NCBI GenBank assembly: GCA_009781185.1
Contig: WQYP01000005.1
Location: forward strand, 1 to 64,000
Origin: Phycisphaerales bacterium
GTDB lineage: Bacteria; Planctomycetota; Phycisphaerae; WQYP01
DNA length: 64,000 nt
Direction of reading: 5' to 3'
Positions 27,502-37,300 of this stretch are shown in pieces. The notes under the pieces are model-generated. The model made no database searches, had not been told where the DNA came from, and saw only the letters and a list, made by a program, of their open reading frames with translations. Numbering within the stretch: the stretch's first letter is position 1; the number at the start of each line of letters is the position of its first letter. The position numbers were made by a program, and so were the translations under genes.

Positions 27502-30500
27502 TTACCTGGTAGTTGACGTCGAGATTTTCGCGTCCGCGGACTGGATGCCGCCCAAAGTTGACGAGATTGCACGGACGATAAAGGTATATTTCGTTGAGGG
27601 TGTCAAGCCTGGGATCGTTACGGGGAGTTCGGTGTAGTTGCCGGACCAGACTTCTGTTTCCGTGTTGCCGTCGAGCCGGAATACCTGGTAGCTGGTGGTT
27701 TCCGGGAACTTGGATGCGGCCCAGGTCAACGTCACCGAATTCGCCGAACTCGTGGCTTTGACGTTCGTGACGGCAGTGTAAGTTTGCGTTTTTGCGTTGA
27801 CGTTCACGGCGGCGGCTTGCATTCCGTTGAAACCTGTCGCCACAACAAAGAACGTGTAAGACATGCCGGGATATAATCCGGGGATCGTGACCGTATTGCC
27901 GGTGACGTACTCATCAACGCCAAGTGCGATGCAGATGATCTCGTACTGGGCGTTGTTGGCGATGGTTTTCCAGGTGAGCGTGACGGTCGAGAGCGTGGAA
28001 CTGCTCTTGATGCCCTTGGCTTTCGTCGGGGCATCGCAGGTGATGTTATTGTTAGACAGAGCCGTGCAGCCGGAGAGATCCAGAGACGTCAACCATTTGT
28101 TGCCGGAACAATTAAGGGTTTGCAGAGCCGTGCAGGCGGAAACGTTTAGGGACTTCAATTGGTTATTGGAGCAATTGAGAGTTTGCAGAGCCGTGCAGGC
28201 GGAAACGTTTAGGGACTTCAATTTATTGTTAGAGCAATTGAGGTTTTGCAGAGCCGTGTAGCCGGAGACGTTCAGGGATGTCAATCTGTTGCCGGAGCAA
28301 GTGAGAGTCTGCAGAGTCGTGCTGGCGGAGACATTCAAAGACTTCAATTTGTTGCCGGAGCAAGTGAGGTTTTGCAGAGCCGTGCAGGCGGAGGCGTTCA
28401 GGGACGATAATTTATTGTTGGAGCAAGTGAGGATTTGCAGAGCCGCGCAGGCGGAAAGGTTCAGGGACGATAATTTGTTGTTGGAGCAATTGAGGTTTTG
28501 CAGAGCCGTGCCGCGGGAGATATTCAGGGACTTCAATTGGTTGCTGTTGCAGGAGAGCAGTAGCAGAGCCGTGCAGGTGGAGGCGTTGAGGGACTTCAAT
28601 CGGTTGCTGGAGCAAGTGAGGATTTGTAGAGCCGTGCATTTGGAGATGTTCAGGGATGTCAATCGGTTGTTGTTGCAAACGAGTTGTTGGAGAGCCGTGC
28701 AGCCGGAGGCATTGAGGGACTTCAATCTGCTGTTGTAGGAGCAACTGAGGATTTGCAGAGCCGTGCGGCCGGAGACGTTCAGGGATTTCAAATAGCTGTT
28801 GTGAGAGCAATTGAGCGCTGTCAATGCCGTGCAATTGGAGACGTTCAGGGATTTCAACAGGTTGTAGCTGCAATCGAGAGATTCCAGAGCTGTGCAGCGG
28901 GAGACGTTCAGGGACTTCAAGGGGTTGTTGTAGCAAGCGAGCGATTGCAGAGCCGTGCAGCGGGAGACGTTCAGGGACTTTAATTGGTCGTTGGAGCAAT
29001 CGAGTTCTTGGAGGGCCGTGCATCCGGAGACGTTCAAGGAGGTGAATTGGCTGTTGTTGCCGCAATCGAGTTCCTGGAGAGCCGTGCAGCCGGAGACGTT
29101 CAGGGATGTCAATTGGTTGTTGTTGTCGCAATTGAGAGATATCAGAGCCGTGCAGCCGGCCAAATTAAGTGAACCACTGAGAGGCCTGGTAAACGGGCCG
29201 CTTGAACTGCTGTTAGTTGCATCGATGCTTTTGATTTTCAGTTCGTCGTTGACTACTGTCCATATGACCATATCCTCTGTGAGTCCGTTTTTGGCGATGG
29301 CGGTGGTGTATTTCGCCCAGTCGTAGGCGTTGTAGGGTGCTACCCCTGTCGTCGCACTGACGGTGTCCGAATACGGCGAGTCGCTGTAGTCGCCCGTTCC
29401 GATCGCCATGACGCAGACGTCATAGGTCGTTCCCACCTTCAAGTCGTCAAAATCAAAAGTGAGCGTTGTGCCGTCCGTCACCGTTTTCGTTTTTGTGCCC
29501 ACTTGAATCACGTAGCCGGAAGCGCCGGGCACGGCATCCCAGCTGACGGTCAGTGTGACGGCGTCCTTGGCGGTTGCCGTAACGCCTGTTGGAGCGGCGA
29601 GCGTCGATGCCAGGATCGTGACCTCTGTTGTTTGCAGCGTCAATTCCGGAAACGTCGCATTGGTCATCGTGCAGTAGATGACGTCATCCGTATGGAGACC
29701 GTCGAATACGAATTGGCCGTTGGTTTCCGTGTAATTGTCTGGGGAAACCGTCGTCCCGTCGGCGTAATACCATGTGTACGTAGTCGGCACTCCGCCGATC
29801 ATGGACTCTGTGGAAAGGTCTAACATCGCATCGCGAGCAAGCGATGATACGATGGAAATATCGCTTTGCGGGCTGTAAGTGTTGCTGGTCAGAGGCAGCG
29901 TTGAAAAAGTCAATTGGTTGTTGGAGCAGTCGAGAGTTTGCAGAGCTGTGAAGCCGGAGAGGTTCAGGGACGTTAATTGGTTGGTGGAGCAGTTGAGCGA
30001 TTGCAGGGCCGTGCAGTCGGAGAGGTCTAGGGATGTCAATTGGTTGGTGGAGCAATCGAGAGTTTGCAGGGCCGTGCAGTCGGAGAGGTTCAGGGACGCC
30101 AAGCTGTTGAAGCTGCAATCGAGAGAAGAGAGCTCCGTGCAACCGGACAAGTCGAGGGTACCGTTGAGACCGGCGTCGCTGGCGATGACCTGGGTGAGTC
30201 GCATTTCGCTATTGATTTGCGTCCATGTGACCATGTCCGCAGTGAGTCCGTTGTTGTCAACGGCGGTGGAGTATTTCGCCCAGTCATCGGCGTTATAGCC
30301 ATCAGGGGCAGGGTCAGCGGCGACGTCGGCGGCAGTGGCGGCGGGAACGACTGCAGCCTGATCCTGAGGAGCGATGAGCGCAACGGAGGTTGCGTGATTG
30401 TCGGGAACCGCAAGTTTTGGCAATAACGGACTGGCCGAGAGCATTGTCCGGTTATCGAGAGATTCCAAAATATGCCGGGAATTGTGGGTGGGTCTGGTTT

Positions 30501-30537
30501 TGCCGGTTTTCTGGAACATGCTCATTCTCCAACTCAT
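27502..30537 (-). CDS. Large leucine-rich-repeat / fibronectin-III surface protein
   Basis: 1011 aa. About 20 LRR units of 22-23 aa ('LKSLNVSACTALQTLNCSNNQ') in two blocks. Three FN3-like modules ('VTLTVSWDAVPGASGY','VTLTWKTIANNAQYEI','VTLTWAASKFPETTSYQVF'). Confidence 0.85.
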   Translation of the reverse strand: MSWRMSMFQKTGKTRPTHNSRHILESLDNRTMLSASPLLPKLAVPDNHATSVALIAPQDQAAVVPAATAADVAADPAPDGYNADDWAKYSTAVDNNGLTADMVTWTQINSEMRLTQVIASDAGLNGTLDLSGCTELSSLDCSFNSLASLNLSDCTALQTLDCSTNQLTSLDLSDCTALQSLNCSTNQLTSLNLSGFTALQTLDCSNNQLTFSTLPLTSNTYSPQSDISIVSSLARDAMLDLSTESMIGGVPTTYTWYYADGTTVSPDNYTETNGQFVFDGLHTDDVIYCTMTNATFPELTLQTTEVTILASTLAAPTGVTATAKDAVTLTVSWDAVPGASGYVIQVGTKTKTVTDGTTLTFDFDDLKVGTTYDVCVMAIGTGDYSDSPYSDTVSATTGVAPYNAYDWAKYTTAIAKNGLTEDMVIWTVVNDELKIKSIDATNSSSSGPFTRPLSGSLNLAGCTALISLNCDNNNQLTSLNVSGCTALQELDCGNNSQFTSLNVSGCTALQELDCSNDQLKSLNVSRCTALQSLACYNNPLKSLNVSRCTALESLDCSYNLLKSLNVSNCTALTALNCSHNSYLKSLNVSGRTALQILSCSYNSRLKSLNASGCTALQQLVCNNNRLTSLNISKCTALQILTCSSNRLKSLNASTCTALLLLSCNSNQLKSLNISRGTALQNLNCSNNKLSSLNLSACAALQILTCSNNKLSSLNASACTALQNLTCSGNKLKSLNVSASTTLQTLTCSGNRLTSLNVSGYTALQNLNCSNNKLKSLNVSACTALQTLNCSNNQLKSLNVSACTALQTLNCSGNKWLTSLDLSGCTALSNNNITCDAPTKAKGIKSSSTLSTVTLTWKTIANNAQYEIICIALGVDEYVTGNTVTIPGLYPGMSYTFFVVATGFNGMQAAAVNVNAKTQTYTAVTNVKATSSANSVTLTWAASKFPETTSYQVFRLDGNTETEVWSGNYTELPVTIPGLTPSTKYTFIVRAISSTLGGIQSADAKISTSTTR
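28054..29175 (-). repeat. Tandem ~69 bp coding repeats (LRR block 2, ~16 units)
   Basis: Recurrent 'ttgcagagccgtgcaggcgga..cgttcagggacttcaa' periodicity. Confidence 0.9.
29902..30165 (-). repeat. Tandem ~69 bp coding repeats (LRR block 1, ~4 units)
   Basis: Same unit type as block 2. Confidence 0.85.
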
Positions 30538-30610
30538 TCTCCAAGATGTATTGCCCTTGCGTCAGCCCCCGGCCCCCCCAATTCTGCCGGGGGTTTGCAC
30601 TGCATACGGG

Positions 30611-30685
30611 AAACGCTCCCTGACGGTCGCGCCTCGGATTGCCCCTTACATTTGACCATCCGAGACGCGACTGTAAGGGAGCATT
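30611..30685. repeat. Family A-related hairpin with the arm order swapped
   Basis: 'aaacgctccctgacggtcgcgcctcgg' ... 'ccgagacgcgactgtaagggagc'. Followed by 'gagcttacgctcgcggctctga' (30700-30722). Confidence 0.7.
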
Positions 30686-30734
30686 TTTAGCTCACGGGAC
30701 GAGCTTACGCTCGCGGCTCTGATGGCGGACGGCG

Positions 30735-31121
30735 TTAGGCGTGGAGTTCCTTCACGCCCTTCTTGCCGGCAACGGTTTTGCGTGGGCCCTTGCGGGTACG
30801 GGCGTTGGAGCGTGTGCGTTGGCCGCGGGTCGGCAGGCCGCGGCGGTGGCGGCTGCCACGGTAACTTTGGATGTCTTTTAATCGCTGAATGTTTTGCTGC
30901 ACCTGGCGGCGAAGGGCGCCTTCGACGACGTAACTGCGGTCGATAATGTTCACGATGCGGCCGATCTCTTCTTCGTTGAGAGCTTTGGCTTTTTTGTTGG
31001 GGTCGATGTTCGCTTCGGTCAGGATGGCCATGGCGTTCATCGGACCGATACCGAAGATGTAACGCAGACTGATGCGAATCTGCTTCTCGGGGGGAATGTC
31101 AATACCGGAAATACGGGGCAT
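30735..31121 (-). CDS. rpsM: 30S ribosomal protein S13
   Basis: '[26 protein letters not shown]'. Confidence 0.95.
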   Translation of the reverse strand: MPRISGIDIPPEKQIRISLRYIFGIGPMNAMAILTEANIDPNKKAKALNEEEIGRIVNIIDRSYVVEGALRRQVQQNIQRLKDIQSYRGSRHRRGLPTRGQRTRSNARTRKGPRKTVAGKKGVKELHA

Positions 31122-31194
31122 AAGAAAAACTCCTTGATACAGTCAGAATCACGTGAGCGGGTTGCCCGGTTTCGTGCATCTGACCAAAATTGAC

Positions 31195-31280
31195 AAGAAG
31201 CCAGTAGCCAGAAGCCAGAAGCCAGAAGAATCAATGGAAGCCGTAGCTTCTGGCTACTGGCTTCTGGCTTCTGGCTTCTT
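31195..31280. repeat. Heptamer-arm palindrome (gaagcca type)
   Basis: 'aagaagccagtagccagaagccagaagccagaag' (31195-31228) versus 'cttctggctactggcttctggcttctggcttctt' (31247-31280). The right end touches the rpmJ stop codon. Confidence 0.9.
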
Positions 31281-31396
31281 TACCCTTGCCGCTGTTTGTG
31301 GCGAGGGTCGGCTTTGCAGACGACGCGGAGCACGCCGTTGCGGCGGACGATGACGCAATGCTCACAAATACGCTTGACGCTTGAACGAACTTTCAT
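31280..31396 (-). CDS. rpmJ: 50S ribosomal protein L36
   Basis: '[38 protein letters not shown]' (38 aa). Only the 3' part of the 78 aa ORF is coding. Confidence 0.9.
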   Translation of the reverse strand: MKVRSSVKRICEHCVIVRRNGVLRVVCKADPRHKQRQG

Positions 31397-31500
31397 GATA
31401 AAACTCCCTGTTCCAATCTGCTGACTGTCCGCGCGTGGCTTGTCGATTAGGTTCGGGTTCTTGTTTAAGGTCAGCAGCTCGACAAGCCGCGGCAAATATT

Positions 31501-31556
31501 CAGTTTCCAGTTTCAAGTTTCGAGTCTCTTGAAACGCGAAACTTGAAACTGGAAAC
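31501..31556. repeat. Heptamer-arm palindrome (gtttcNa type)
   Basis: 'cagtttccagtttcaagtttcgag' versus 'cgaaacttgaaactggaaac'. Confidence 0.9.
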
Positions 31557-31558
31557 TT

Positions 31559-31780
31559 CTAATTTCTCATAACGATTCGGCCACGGGCCAGATCGTAGGG
31601 GCTCAGTTCGACGGTGACCTTGTCTCCGGGGAGGATGCGGATGAAGTTCATTCGCATTTTGCCGGAGACGTGGGCGATCATCACGTGATTGCTGCCGTTC
31701 TCCAGGCGGACGCGGAACATCGCGTTGGGCAGCGACTCGAGCACCGTGGCTTCAACCCGTAATGCGTCTTCCTTTGGCAT
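31559..31780 (-). CDS. infA: Translation initiation factor IF-1
   Basis: '[55 protein letters not shown]'. Confidence 0.95.
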   Translation of the reverse strand: MPKEDALRVEATVLESLPNAMFRVRLENGSNHVMIAHVSGKMRMNFIRILPGDKVTVELSPYDLARGRIVMRN

Positions 31781-31789
31781 TTTTTCGTC

Positions 31790-32572
31790 TCATCTTCCAT
31801 CGGTCAGTACATCTGACCCTGTCGCGGTAACCGCGATGGTGTGTTCGTAATGCGCTGCCGGGGTGCTGTCCTTTGTGACGACGGTCCAGCCATCGTCGAG
31901 GACGACCACGTCCGGGCTGCCCAGGATAACCATCGGTTCGACGGCGAGAGTCATCCCGGGCTGCAGATAAAAATCGCCTCGTTTCCGGAACTCATCGGAG
32001 ACGAAGTTAGGCACTTTGGGGTCCTCGTGCATGCGTGTGCCAATGCCATGCCCGACGAATTCTCTGACGCAGGACATGCCGTTGCTTTCGACATAGGCCT
32101 GCATTTTGGTGGCGACGTCCGACCATCGTCGGCCAGGGCGAATCTCCCGGATCGCCAGCGCGAGCGCTTCTTGCGTCACGTCGCAGAGACGCTGCTGATC
32201 GGGGCTGATTTTTCCGATGGCGATGGTGATCGCCGAGTCGCCGCAGTATCCGCCCAGCCGAATGCCGCAATCGACGCTGACGAGGTCGCCGTCCCTGAGC
32301 ACCCGGCCGCCCGGGATCCCATGGACGATTTCGTCATTGACGCTGATGCAGGTATTTCCCGGAAATCCCTTGCCGGGTGCGTACGTCGGATACCACAGAA
32401 ACAGCCCCTGCCCGCCGGCAGATGTGTAAGTATCGTACACAATGCGATCTAATTCAAGTGTTGTCATGCCGGGATGAGCCAGTTCTTTCGCCCGCGTGAG
32501 TGCCCGGTAGACGACGCGTCCCGCGGCACGCATTAATTCCAGGTCTCGCCGTGATTTAAGGTTGATTTTCAT
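31790..32572 (-). CDS. map: Type I methionine aminopeptidase
   Basis: 'MKINLKSRRDLELMRAAGRVV' from the ATG at 32572. 'GHGIG...HE' and 'EHT' metal-binding motifs. The upstream 102 codons of the ORF read through a palindromic repeat. Confidence 0.9.
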   Translation of the reverse strand: MKINLKSRRDLELMRAAGRVVYRALTRAKELAHPGMTTLELDRIVYDTYTSAGGQGLFLWYPTYAPGKGFPGNTCISVNDEIVHGIPGGRVLRDGDLVSVDCGIRLGGYCGDSAITIAIGKISPDQQRLCDVTQEALALAIREIRPGRRWSDVATKMQAYVESNGMSCVREFVGHGIGTRMHEDPKVPNFVSDEFRKRGDFYLQPGMTLAVEPMVILGSPDVVVLDDGWTVVTKDSTPAAHYEHTIAVTATGSDVLTDGR

Positions 32573-32576
32573 GGAT

Positions 32577-32665
32577 CGAAGCCAGAAGCTAGAAGCCAGA
32601 AGCCAGAAGTGAGAAACTGCCGAGACCAAAACCTTCTGGCTACTGGCTTCTGGCTTCTGGCTTCG
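32577..32665. repeat. Heptamer-arm palindrome (gaagcca type)
   Basis: 'cgaagccagaagctagaagccagaagccagaag' versus 'cttctggctactggcttctggcttctggcttcg'. Confidence 0.9.
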
Positions 32666-32678
32666 AGGTTGGCAAGTC

Positions 32679-34244
32679 TCATGACGGCAGTCCCTTCGTG
32701 TCTCTGCGATCGAAGGTTGCCACCGGCTCGCCGCCTCCGCCCCCACCGCCCTTGGGTCGTCGAATTTTGGCGCCGGATCCCGATCCGCCGGATCCGCCTT
32801 CCATGAAACCGCTGTAGTTTCGCATGACGAGGTTGGCCTCGATGCGGTTGACCAGATCGAGCATGACGCTGATGACAATGAGCAAGCCGGTACCGCCGAG
32901 GAATTGGGCTGCCTGCTGGTCCATCGTGCTGGGCTGCCCTCCGCCAGCGATGAGATAAGTTCCCGCGACAGTTGGTACGATCGCGATCACGCAGAGAAAT
33001 GCGGCGCCGACGTAGGTGATGCGGTTCATGACGGCTTCCAGGTAATCAGCCGTTCGTTTGCCAGGGCGCAGGCCGGGGATGAAGCTGCCGTAATCGCGGA
33101 GTTGGTTGGCCATTTCCTTGGGCTGGAACTGCACGGTGTTCCAGAAATAGCTGAAGAAGAAAATCAGGGCACAGTAGAAGACTTCCCAGAAGTAACCCGA
33201 CCTGCTGAAGTTTTCGCTGAAGAAATGTGCCACGTTGAGTGACCAGGTATGTATGGAGGGTGTGGTTCCTGCCGCCAGGCCAGCCGCCGTGTCGGCCGCT
33301 TTGCGCGCCGCCTGATCCCAGTCGAGCACCCTCTGCGCCAACCACTGGAAAAACATCTGCGGGAAGAGCATCAGCGAACTTGCGAAGATGATCGGCATCA
33401 CGCCGGCATGGTTCACCCTGAGGGGTAAATAGGTGGTTTGCCCGCCGTAAACCCGCCGGCCACGCATGTGTTTGGCCTGCTGCACGCGAATTCGCCGCTG
33501 CGCCTCGGTTAAATAGATCGAGCCTGCCACGACGAAAATAAAGCAGAAGATCAGAACGATGAGCCGCTCGGGTCCGAGCTTATCAGCACTGTGCTGAACG
33601 GCGAGGGTGGATTTTTGGTAGAGATAAATGATGGAGTCTGGCATGCGGGAAATAATGCCCGCGGTGATGATCAGGGAGACGCCGTTGCCGATACCGTAGT
33701 GGTCGATCTGTTCGCCCAGCCACATGAGGAAGATGGATCCGCAGGTCAGCGCCGCGATGCCCATGGGAATGAAGATGCCCAGATAATCATCCCGGACGGT
33801 GTGATAGATGAGGTTGTTCGGGGAGCCTACCAGGTGCCACATCCACATGAGCGCCTGAACGATGCAGACCCCGACGGCGAGGTATCGTGTCCATTCATTG
33901 ATTTTCCGCATTCCCGGCTCGCCCTCTTTTTTGAGCTTTTCAAGCGTCGGTATGGCGGTGCTCAGGAGCTGAATGATGATCGAAGCGGAGATATAGGGCA
34001 TGATGCCCAGGCCGAAGATGGTGGACTGGCCCAGGTCGCCGCCGGAAAACATGGTCAGGTATGCGGAAAGAGAGCCCAAGGCCGAGTTCTGGGCACTGCC
34101 CATCATTTCGCGCAGGTGGATCGCGTCCACGCCCGGTAAGGGGACGTAAAACCCGATACGATACCCGCAAAGCATAATGATCGTGAACAGGAGCTTGTTC
34201 CTGAGCTCCGGAATCCGAAAGATGTTCAAAAATTTGGCGAACAA
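32679..34244 (-). CDS. secY: Preprotein translocase subunit SecY (Gly-rich C-terminal tail)
   Basis: 'FGLGIMPYISASIIIQLL', 10 TM helices. Tail '[25 protein letters not shown]'. Confidence 0.95.
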   Translation of the reverse strand: MFAKFLNIFRIPELRNKLLFTIIMLCGYRIGFYVPLPGVDAIHLREMMGSAQNSALGSLSAYLTMFSGGDLGQSTIFGLGIMPYISASIIIQLLSTAIPTLEKLKKEGEPGMRKINEWTRYLAVGVCIVQALMWMWHLVGSPNNLIYHTVRDDYLGIFIPMGIAALTCGSIFLMWLGEQIDHYGIGNGVSLIITAGIISRMPDSIIYLYQKSTLAVQHSADKLGPERLIVLIFCFIFVVAGSIYLTEAQRRIRVQQAKHMRGRRVYGGQTTYLPLRVNHAGVMPIIFASSLMLFPQMFFQWLAQRVLDWDQAARKAADTAAGLAAGTTPSIHTWSLNVAHFFSENFSRSGYFWEVFYCALIFFFSYFWNTVQFQPKEMANQLRDYGSFIPGLRPGKRTADYLEAVMNRITYVGAAFLCVIAIVPTVAGTYLIAGGGQPSTMDQQAAQFLGGTGLLIVISVMLDLVNRIEANLVMRNYSGFMEGGSGGSGSGAKIRRPKGGGGGGGEPVATFDRRDTKGLPS

Positions 34245-34258
34245 AAGAACCTCACGAT

Positions 34259-34417
34259 GAAGAAGCCAGAAGCCAGAAGTTAGAAGCTAGAAGGCTCCAG
34301 CTTTGTGGCTTATTCGAGATCCCCAACTTCCGATTCCCAACTTCCAACTTCCGACGACGAACTTCGAACTTCGAGCTTTAGGCTTTAAGCTTCTGGCTTC
34401 TGGCTTCTGGCTTCTTC
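34259..34417. repeat. Large heptamer-arm palindrome whose right arm runs into the rplO 3' end
   Basis: 'gaagaagccagaagccagaagttagaagctagaagg' (34259-34294) versus 'ctttaggctttaagcttctggcttctggcttctggcttcttc' (34376-34417). The loop carries 'ccaacttcc' and 'gaacttcga' units. Confidence 0.85.
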
Positions 34418-34929
34418 GAGGCGGGCTTGCGGCTCTTGAAACGGCCGGTTTTGGCGTCCACTTTGCCCTTGTTGCGATCGAGCTCGAGCGACTGGATCGA
34501 ACCGCCGGCTTTGACGATTTTGTCGGCGGCCTGCTTGGTGAACTTGCCGGCAACCACCGTTAACTGCTTGGTCAATTCGCCGTCGCCGAGAACCTTTACC
34601 GGGTAACGTTCGTCGCGGACGAGACCCTTGTTGATCAGAGCGGTCGTGTCGACTGTTGTCCCGGCATCAAAGTGCCGCTCCAGGTCGCTTACGTTGACGA
34701 TGCTGAAGCGCTGTGCAAATTGGTTGTTATTGAAGCCGCGTTTGGGCAGGCGCCGGAACAACGGCAAATTTCCGCCTTCTGAACCCACTTTAATCATGGC
34801 GCCGGCGCGAGCTCCGGAGCCTTTGGTTCCGCGTCCGCAAGTTTTGCCGTGGCCGGACGACTCGCCGCGACCGACACGCATCCGTTTTCTATGGGCTCCC
34901 GCTTGAGCGGTGATTTCATGGATCATCAT
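34378..34929 (-). CDS. rplO: 50S ribosomal protein L15 (extended C-terminus)
   Basis: 'GRGESSGHGKTCGRGTKG', 'GGNLPLFRRLPKRGF'. Confidence 0.9.
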   Translation of the reverse strand: MMIHEITAQAGAHRKRMRVGRGESSGHGKTCGRGTKGSGARAGAMIKVGSEGGNLPLFRRLPKRGFNNNQFAQRFSIVNVSDLERHFDAGTTVDTTALINKGLVRDERYPVKVLGDGELTKQLTVVAGKFTKQAADKIVKAGGSIQSLELDRNKGKVDAKTGRFKSRKPASKKPEARSQKLKA

Positions 34930-34964
34930 AATGAGCTACTCCTGGAAAAAGCCGGGAACCATCA

Positions 34965-35000
34965 CCTTCTGGCTTCTGGCTTCTGGCTTCTGGCTTCTTC
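34965..35000. repeat. 'tggcttc' heptamer array (single arm)
   Basis: 'ccttctggcttctggcttctggcttctggcttcttc', between rplO and rpsE. Confidence 0.85.
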
Positions 35001-35494
35001 TACAGCGACACGCCGCGCTGCTCGGTAACGGTTTCTTTGGTCCGCAGGCTCTGCAGGGCCGCTAGTGCGGCTTTGCTGAGGTTTTTCTTGTTGGAGCTTC
35101 CGAAGGCTTTCGTGAGGATGTCACGGATGCCTACGAGCTCGAGGACGGGTCGGACATAGCGTCCGGCCTTGATGCCGGTGCCGGGGCGAGCGGGGACCAG
35201 GCGAATCAAACTGGCGCCGAATTTGCCTTGGACTTCATGGGGGATCGTGCTGCCGTGGAGCTCGACTCTGACCATTCGGCGGCGAGCGTCTTTGGTGGCC
35301 TTTTCGACGGCGGCGGGGACTTCCTTCGCCTTGCCGTAGCCGATGCCGACGCTGCCCTGCCTGTCGCCCGCGGCGACCAGAGCTTCGAAGGCGAAGTTCT
35401 TGCCGCCCTTGACCACCTTCGCGGAACGGAAAACACCGATCGTCGCGGATTCCACGCCACGTTCATCGTCACGATCTCGAATACGTTCAGTCAT
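35000..35494 (-). CDS. rpsE: 30S ribosomal protein S5
   Basis: 'VFRSAKVVKGGKNFAFEALVAAGDRQGSVGIGYGKAKEVPAAVEKA'. Confidence 0.95.
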   Translation of the reverse strand: MTERIRDRDDERGVESATIGVFRSAKVVKGGKNFAFEALVAAGDRQGSVGIGYGKAKEVPAAVEKATKDARRRMVRVELHGSTIPHEVQGKFGASLIRLVPARPGTGIKAGRYVRPVLELVGIRDILTKAFGSSNKKNLSKAALAALQSLRTKETVTEQRGVSL

Positions 35495-35505
35495 TGCATC
35501 TACCC

Positions 35506-35880
35506 TTAAAATTTCAATCCAGCTTTGCGAGCGGCATCTGCCAGCGCCTTAACTCGGCCGTGATAACGATATCCGTTGCGATCGAAGGCGACCTGGGTGA
35601 CGCCCTTGGCGATGGCTTTGGCGGCGATGGTTTTGCCGATTTCGGCGGCTGCGCCTTTGTTTCCGCCGTGCTTCATCGTGCCGCGGACGTCTTTTTCCAG
35701 CGAGCTTGCCGCCACCAGCGTTTTGCCAGTGGTATCGTCGATCACTTGCGCGTAAATGTTCTTGACGCTGCGGAAGATGCTCAAGCGGGGACGCTCCGTG
35801 GTGCCACGAACGGAACCGCTGGTCCGCAGCTTCCGCTGCGTCCGACGGGTCTGCTTTAATTGATTGATCGTTTCGCCCAT
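35506..35880 (-). CDS. rplR: 50S ribosomal protein L18
   Basis: '[29 protein letters not shown]', '[26 protein letters not shown]'. Confidence 0.95.
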   Translation of the reverse strand: MGETINQLKQTRRTQRKLRTSGSVRGTTERPRLSIFRSVKNIYAQVIDDTTGKTLVAASSLEKDVRGTMKHGGNKGAAAEIGKTIAAKAIAKGVTQVAFDRNGYRYHGRVKALADAARKAGLKF

Positions 35881-35942
35881 ATATCACCTTCGTCTGTCTG
35901 TTTTTGTCTACTTTTGTCTATTTTTATCTGCGTTTGTCTGCG

Positions 35943-36497
35943 TTATTTGGCACCGGCGCCTGCGAATTGCTTGCCGAGCTTCTTCTTGACGACTTCGCCG
36001 AGGTAGCGTACGCCTTTGCCCTTGTAGGGTTCAGGTTTACGCATTTTGCGGATTTCCGCGGCGAGATGTCCGACGGCCTGCTTGTCGGCGCCTTGAATAT
36101 TGATCTTCGTGCCCTGTGCTTCGATTTTCACCGCCACGCCGTCGGGGACGCCGATCTTCAGTTGGTTGGCGAAGCCCAGTGAGAGGACCACTGTTTTGCC
36201 TTGCAGTTCCGCTTTGTAGCCGACGCCCTGGATTTCGAGGTCTTTTGCGTATCCTTCGCCGACGCCTTTGATATTGTTGGCGATCAGGGCGCGTGTGAGG
36301 CCATGGACGGCTCGGGAGAGTTTTTCATCGTTGATGCGGCCGACCATCACAAGTCCGCCTTCGACCTTCACAGTCGCGGCCGGGTGGTGCTCTATCGCTA
36401 ACTTTCCCTTGGGCCCCTCAAACGCAATCGTGCGACCGTTCACAGAGACTTTCACGCCCTTGGCAATCGGGACCGGTTTTTTTCCAACACGACTCAT
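35943..36497 (-). CDS. rplF: 50S ribosomal protein L6
   Basis: 'MSRVGKKPVPIAKGVKVSVNGRTIAFEGPKG', 'EPYKGKGVRY'. Confidence 0.95.
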   Translation of the reverse strand: MSRVGKKPVPIAKGVKVSVNGRTIAFEGPKGKLAIEHHPAATVKVEGGLVMVGRINDEKLSRAVHGLTRALIANNIKGVGEGYAKDLEIQGVGYKAELQGKTVVLSLGFANQLKIGVPDGVAVKIEAQGTKINIQGADKQAVGHLAAEIRKMRKPEPYKGKGVRYLGEVVKKKLGKQFAGAGAK

Positions 36498-36508
36498 ATT
36501 TGAATTCC

Positions 36509-36904
36509 TTAATTCACTGTCGCCAACAATTCACCACCGATATTCTGCTGTCTTGCTTGGCGATCGCTCAGGACGCCTTTGCTTGTGGAGAGGACCGCGA
36601 TGCCGAGGCCCTGGATGACCTGCGGGAAATCTTTGACCGTGCGGTAGACCCGGCAGCCGGGGCGGCTGATGCGTTTCAATTCCCGCAAGACCTGTTCGCC
36701 GGTCGGCGTGTACTTGATCGCGATGCGGATCAGGCCCTGCTTGGTGCCGTCGTCGAGGATGTCGAAGCCCGTGATGTAACCTTCTTCCTGGAGCACTTTT
36801 GCGATGCCCTGGCAGATACGGGAGTTTTTGACATCCACTGTTTTGTGCTTGGCCGCCGTCGCGTTCCGAAGCCTTGTCAACATATCCGCGATTGTGTCGC
36901 TCAT
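36509..36904 (-). CDS. rpsH: 30S ribosomal protein S8
   Basis: 'MSDTIADMLTRLRNA', 'ISRPGCRVY', 'GIAVLSTSKGVLSD'. Confidence 0.95.
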   Translation of the reverse strand: MSDTIADMLTRLRNATAAKHKTVDVKNSRICQGIAKVLQEEGYITGFDILDDGTKQGLIRIAIKYTPTGEQVLRELKRISRPGCRVYRTVKDFPQVIQGLGIAVLSTSKGVLSDRQARQQNIGGELLATVN

Positions 36905-36992
36905 GATTTCCTCGCGCCTATTTTTATTTTTCGCTGCGATCCGATGATTTTTGCCAGCGGATCATTTATTTCAAACCACGTCAGAAACGATA

Positions 36993-37262
36993 TCAGAAGC
37001 TGCTCTTACGCATACCCGGAATCAGGCCTGCGTGGGCCAGTTCCCGGACCATAATGCGGCTGATTTTGAACTTTCGGTAATGGCCGCGACGCCGACCGGT
37101 CAGCTCGCAACGCCGGGTCAGACGCGTGGGGGAAGAGTTCCGCGGCAACTTTGCTAACGCCGCATAGTTCTTTTCTTCCTTGAGCTTTTTGCGAATCTCG
37201 GCGTACTTTTGAACCAGCTCCAGCCGTTTCTTGTACCGATTTTTCCATGCTGTTGTTGCCAT
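36993..37262 (-). CDS. rpsN: 30S ribosomal protein S14 (long, non-zinc type)
   Basis: '[50 protein letters not shown]'. Confidence 0.9.
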   Translation of the reverse strand: MATTAWKNRYKKRLELVQKYAEIRKKLKEEKNYAALAKLPRNSSPTRLTRRCELTGRRRGHYRKFKISRIMVRELAHAGLIPGMRKSSF

Positions 37263-37265
37263 TTG

Positions 37266-37298
<33 letters not shown>

Positions 37299-37300
37299 TT

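Noticed and set aside
28054-29175. Highly regular ~69 bp DNA periodicity that could be mistaken for a CRISPR array or satellite.
   Set aside because: The units are contiguous with no unique spacers. They lie in one long open frame and translate to canonical 22-23 aa leucine-rich repeats.
32573-32878. N-terminal 102-codon extension of the map ORF, and the similar 40-codon extension of the rpmJ ORF (31397-31516).
   Set aside because: The extensions read straight through heptamer palindromes ('SQKPEASSQK', 'FWLLASSFWL'). The conserved proteins begin at internal ATGs (32572 and 31396).
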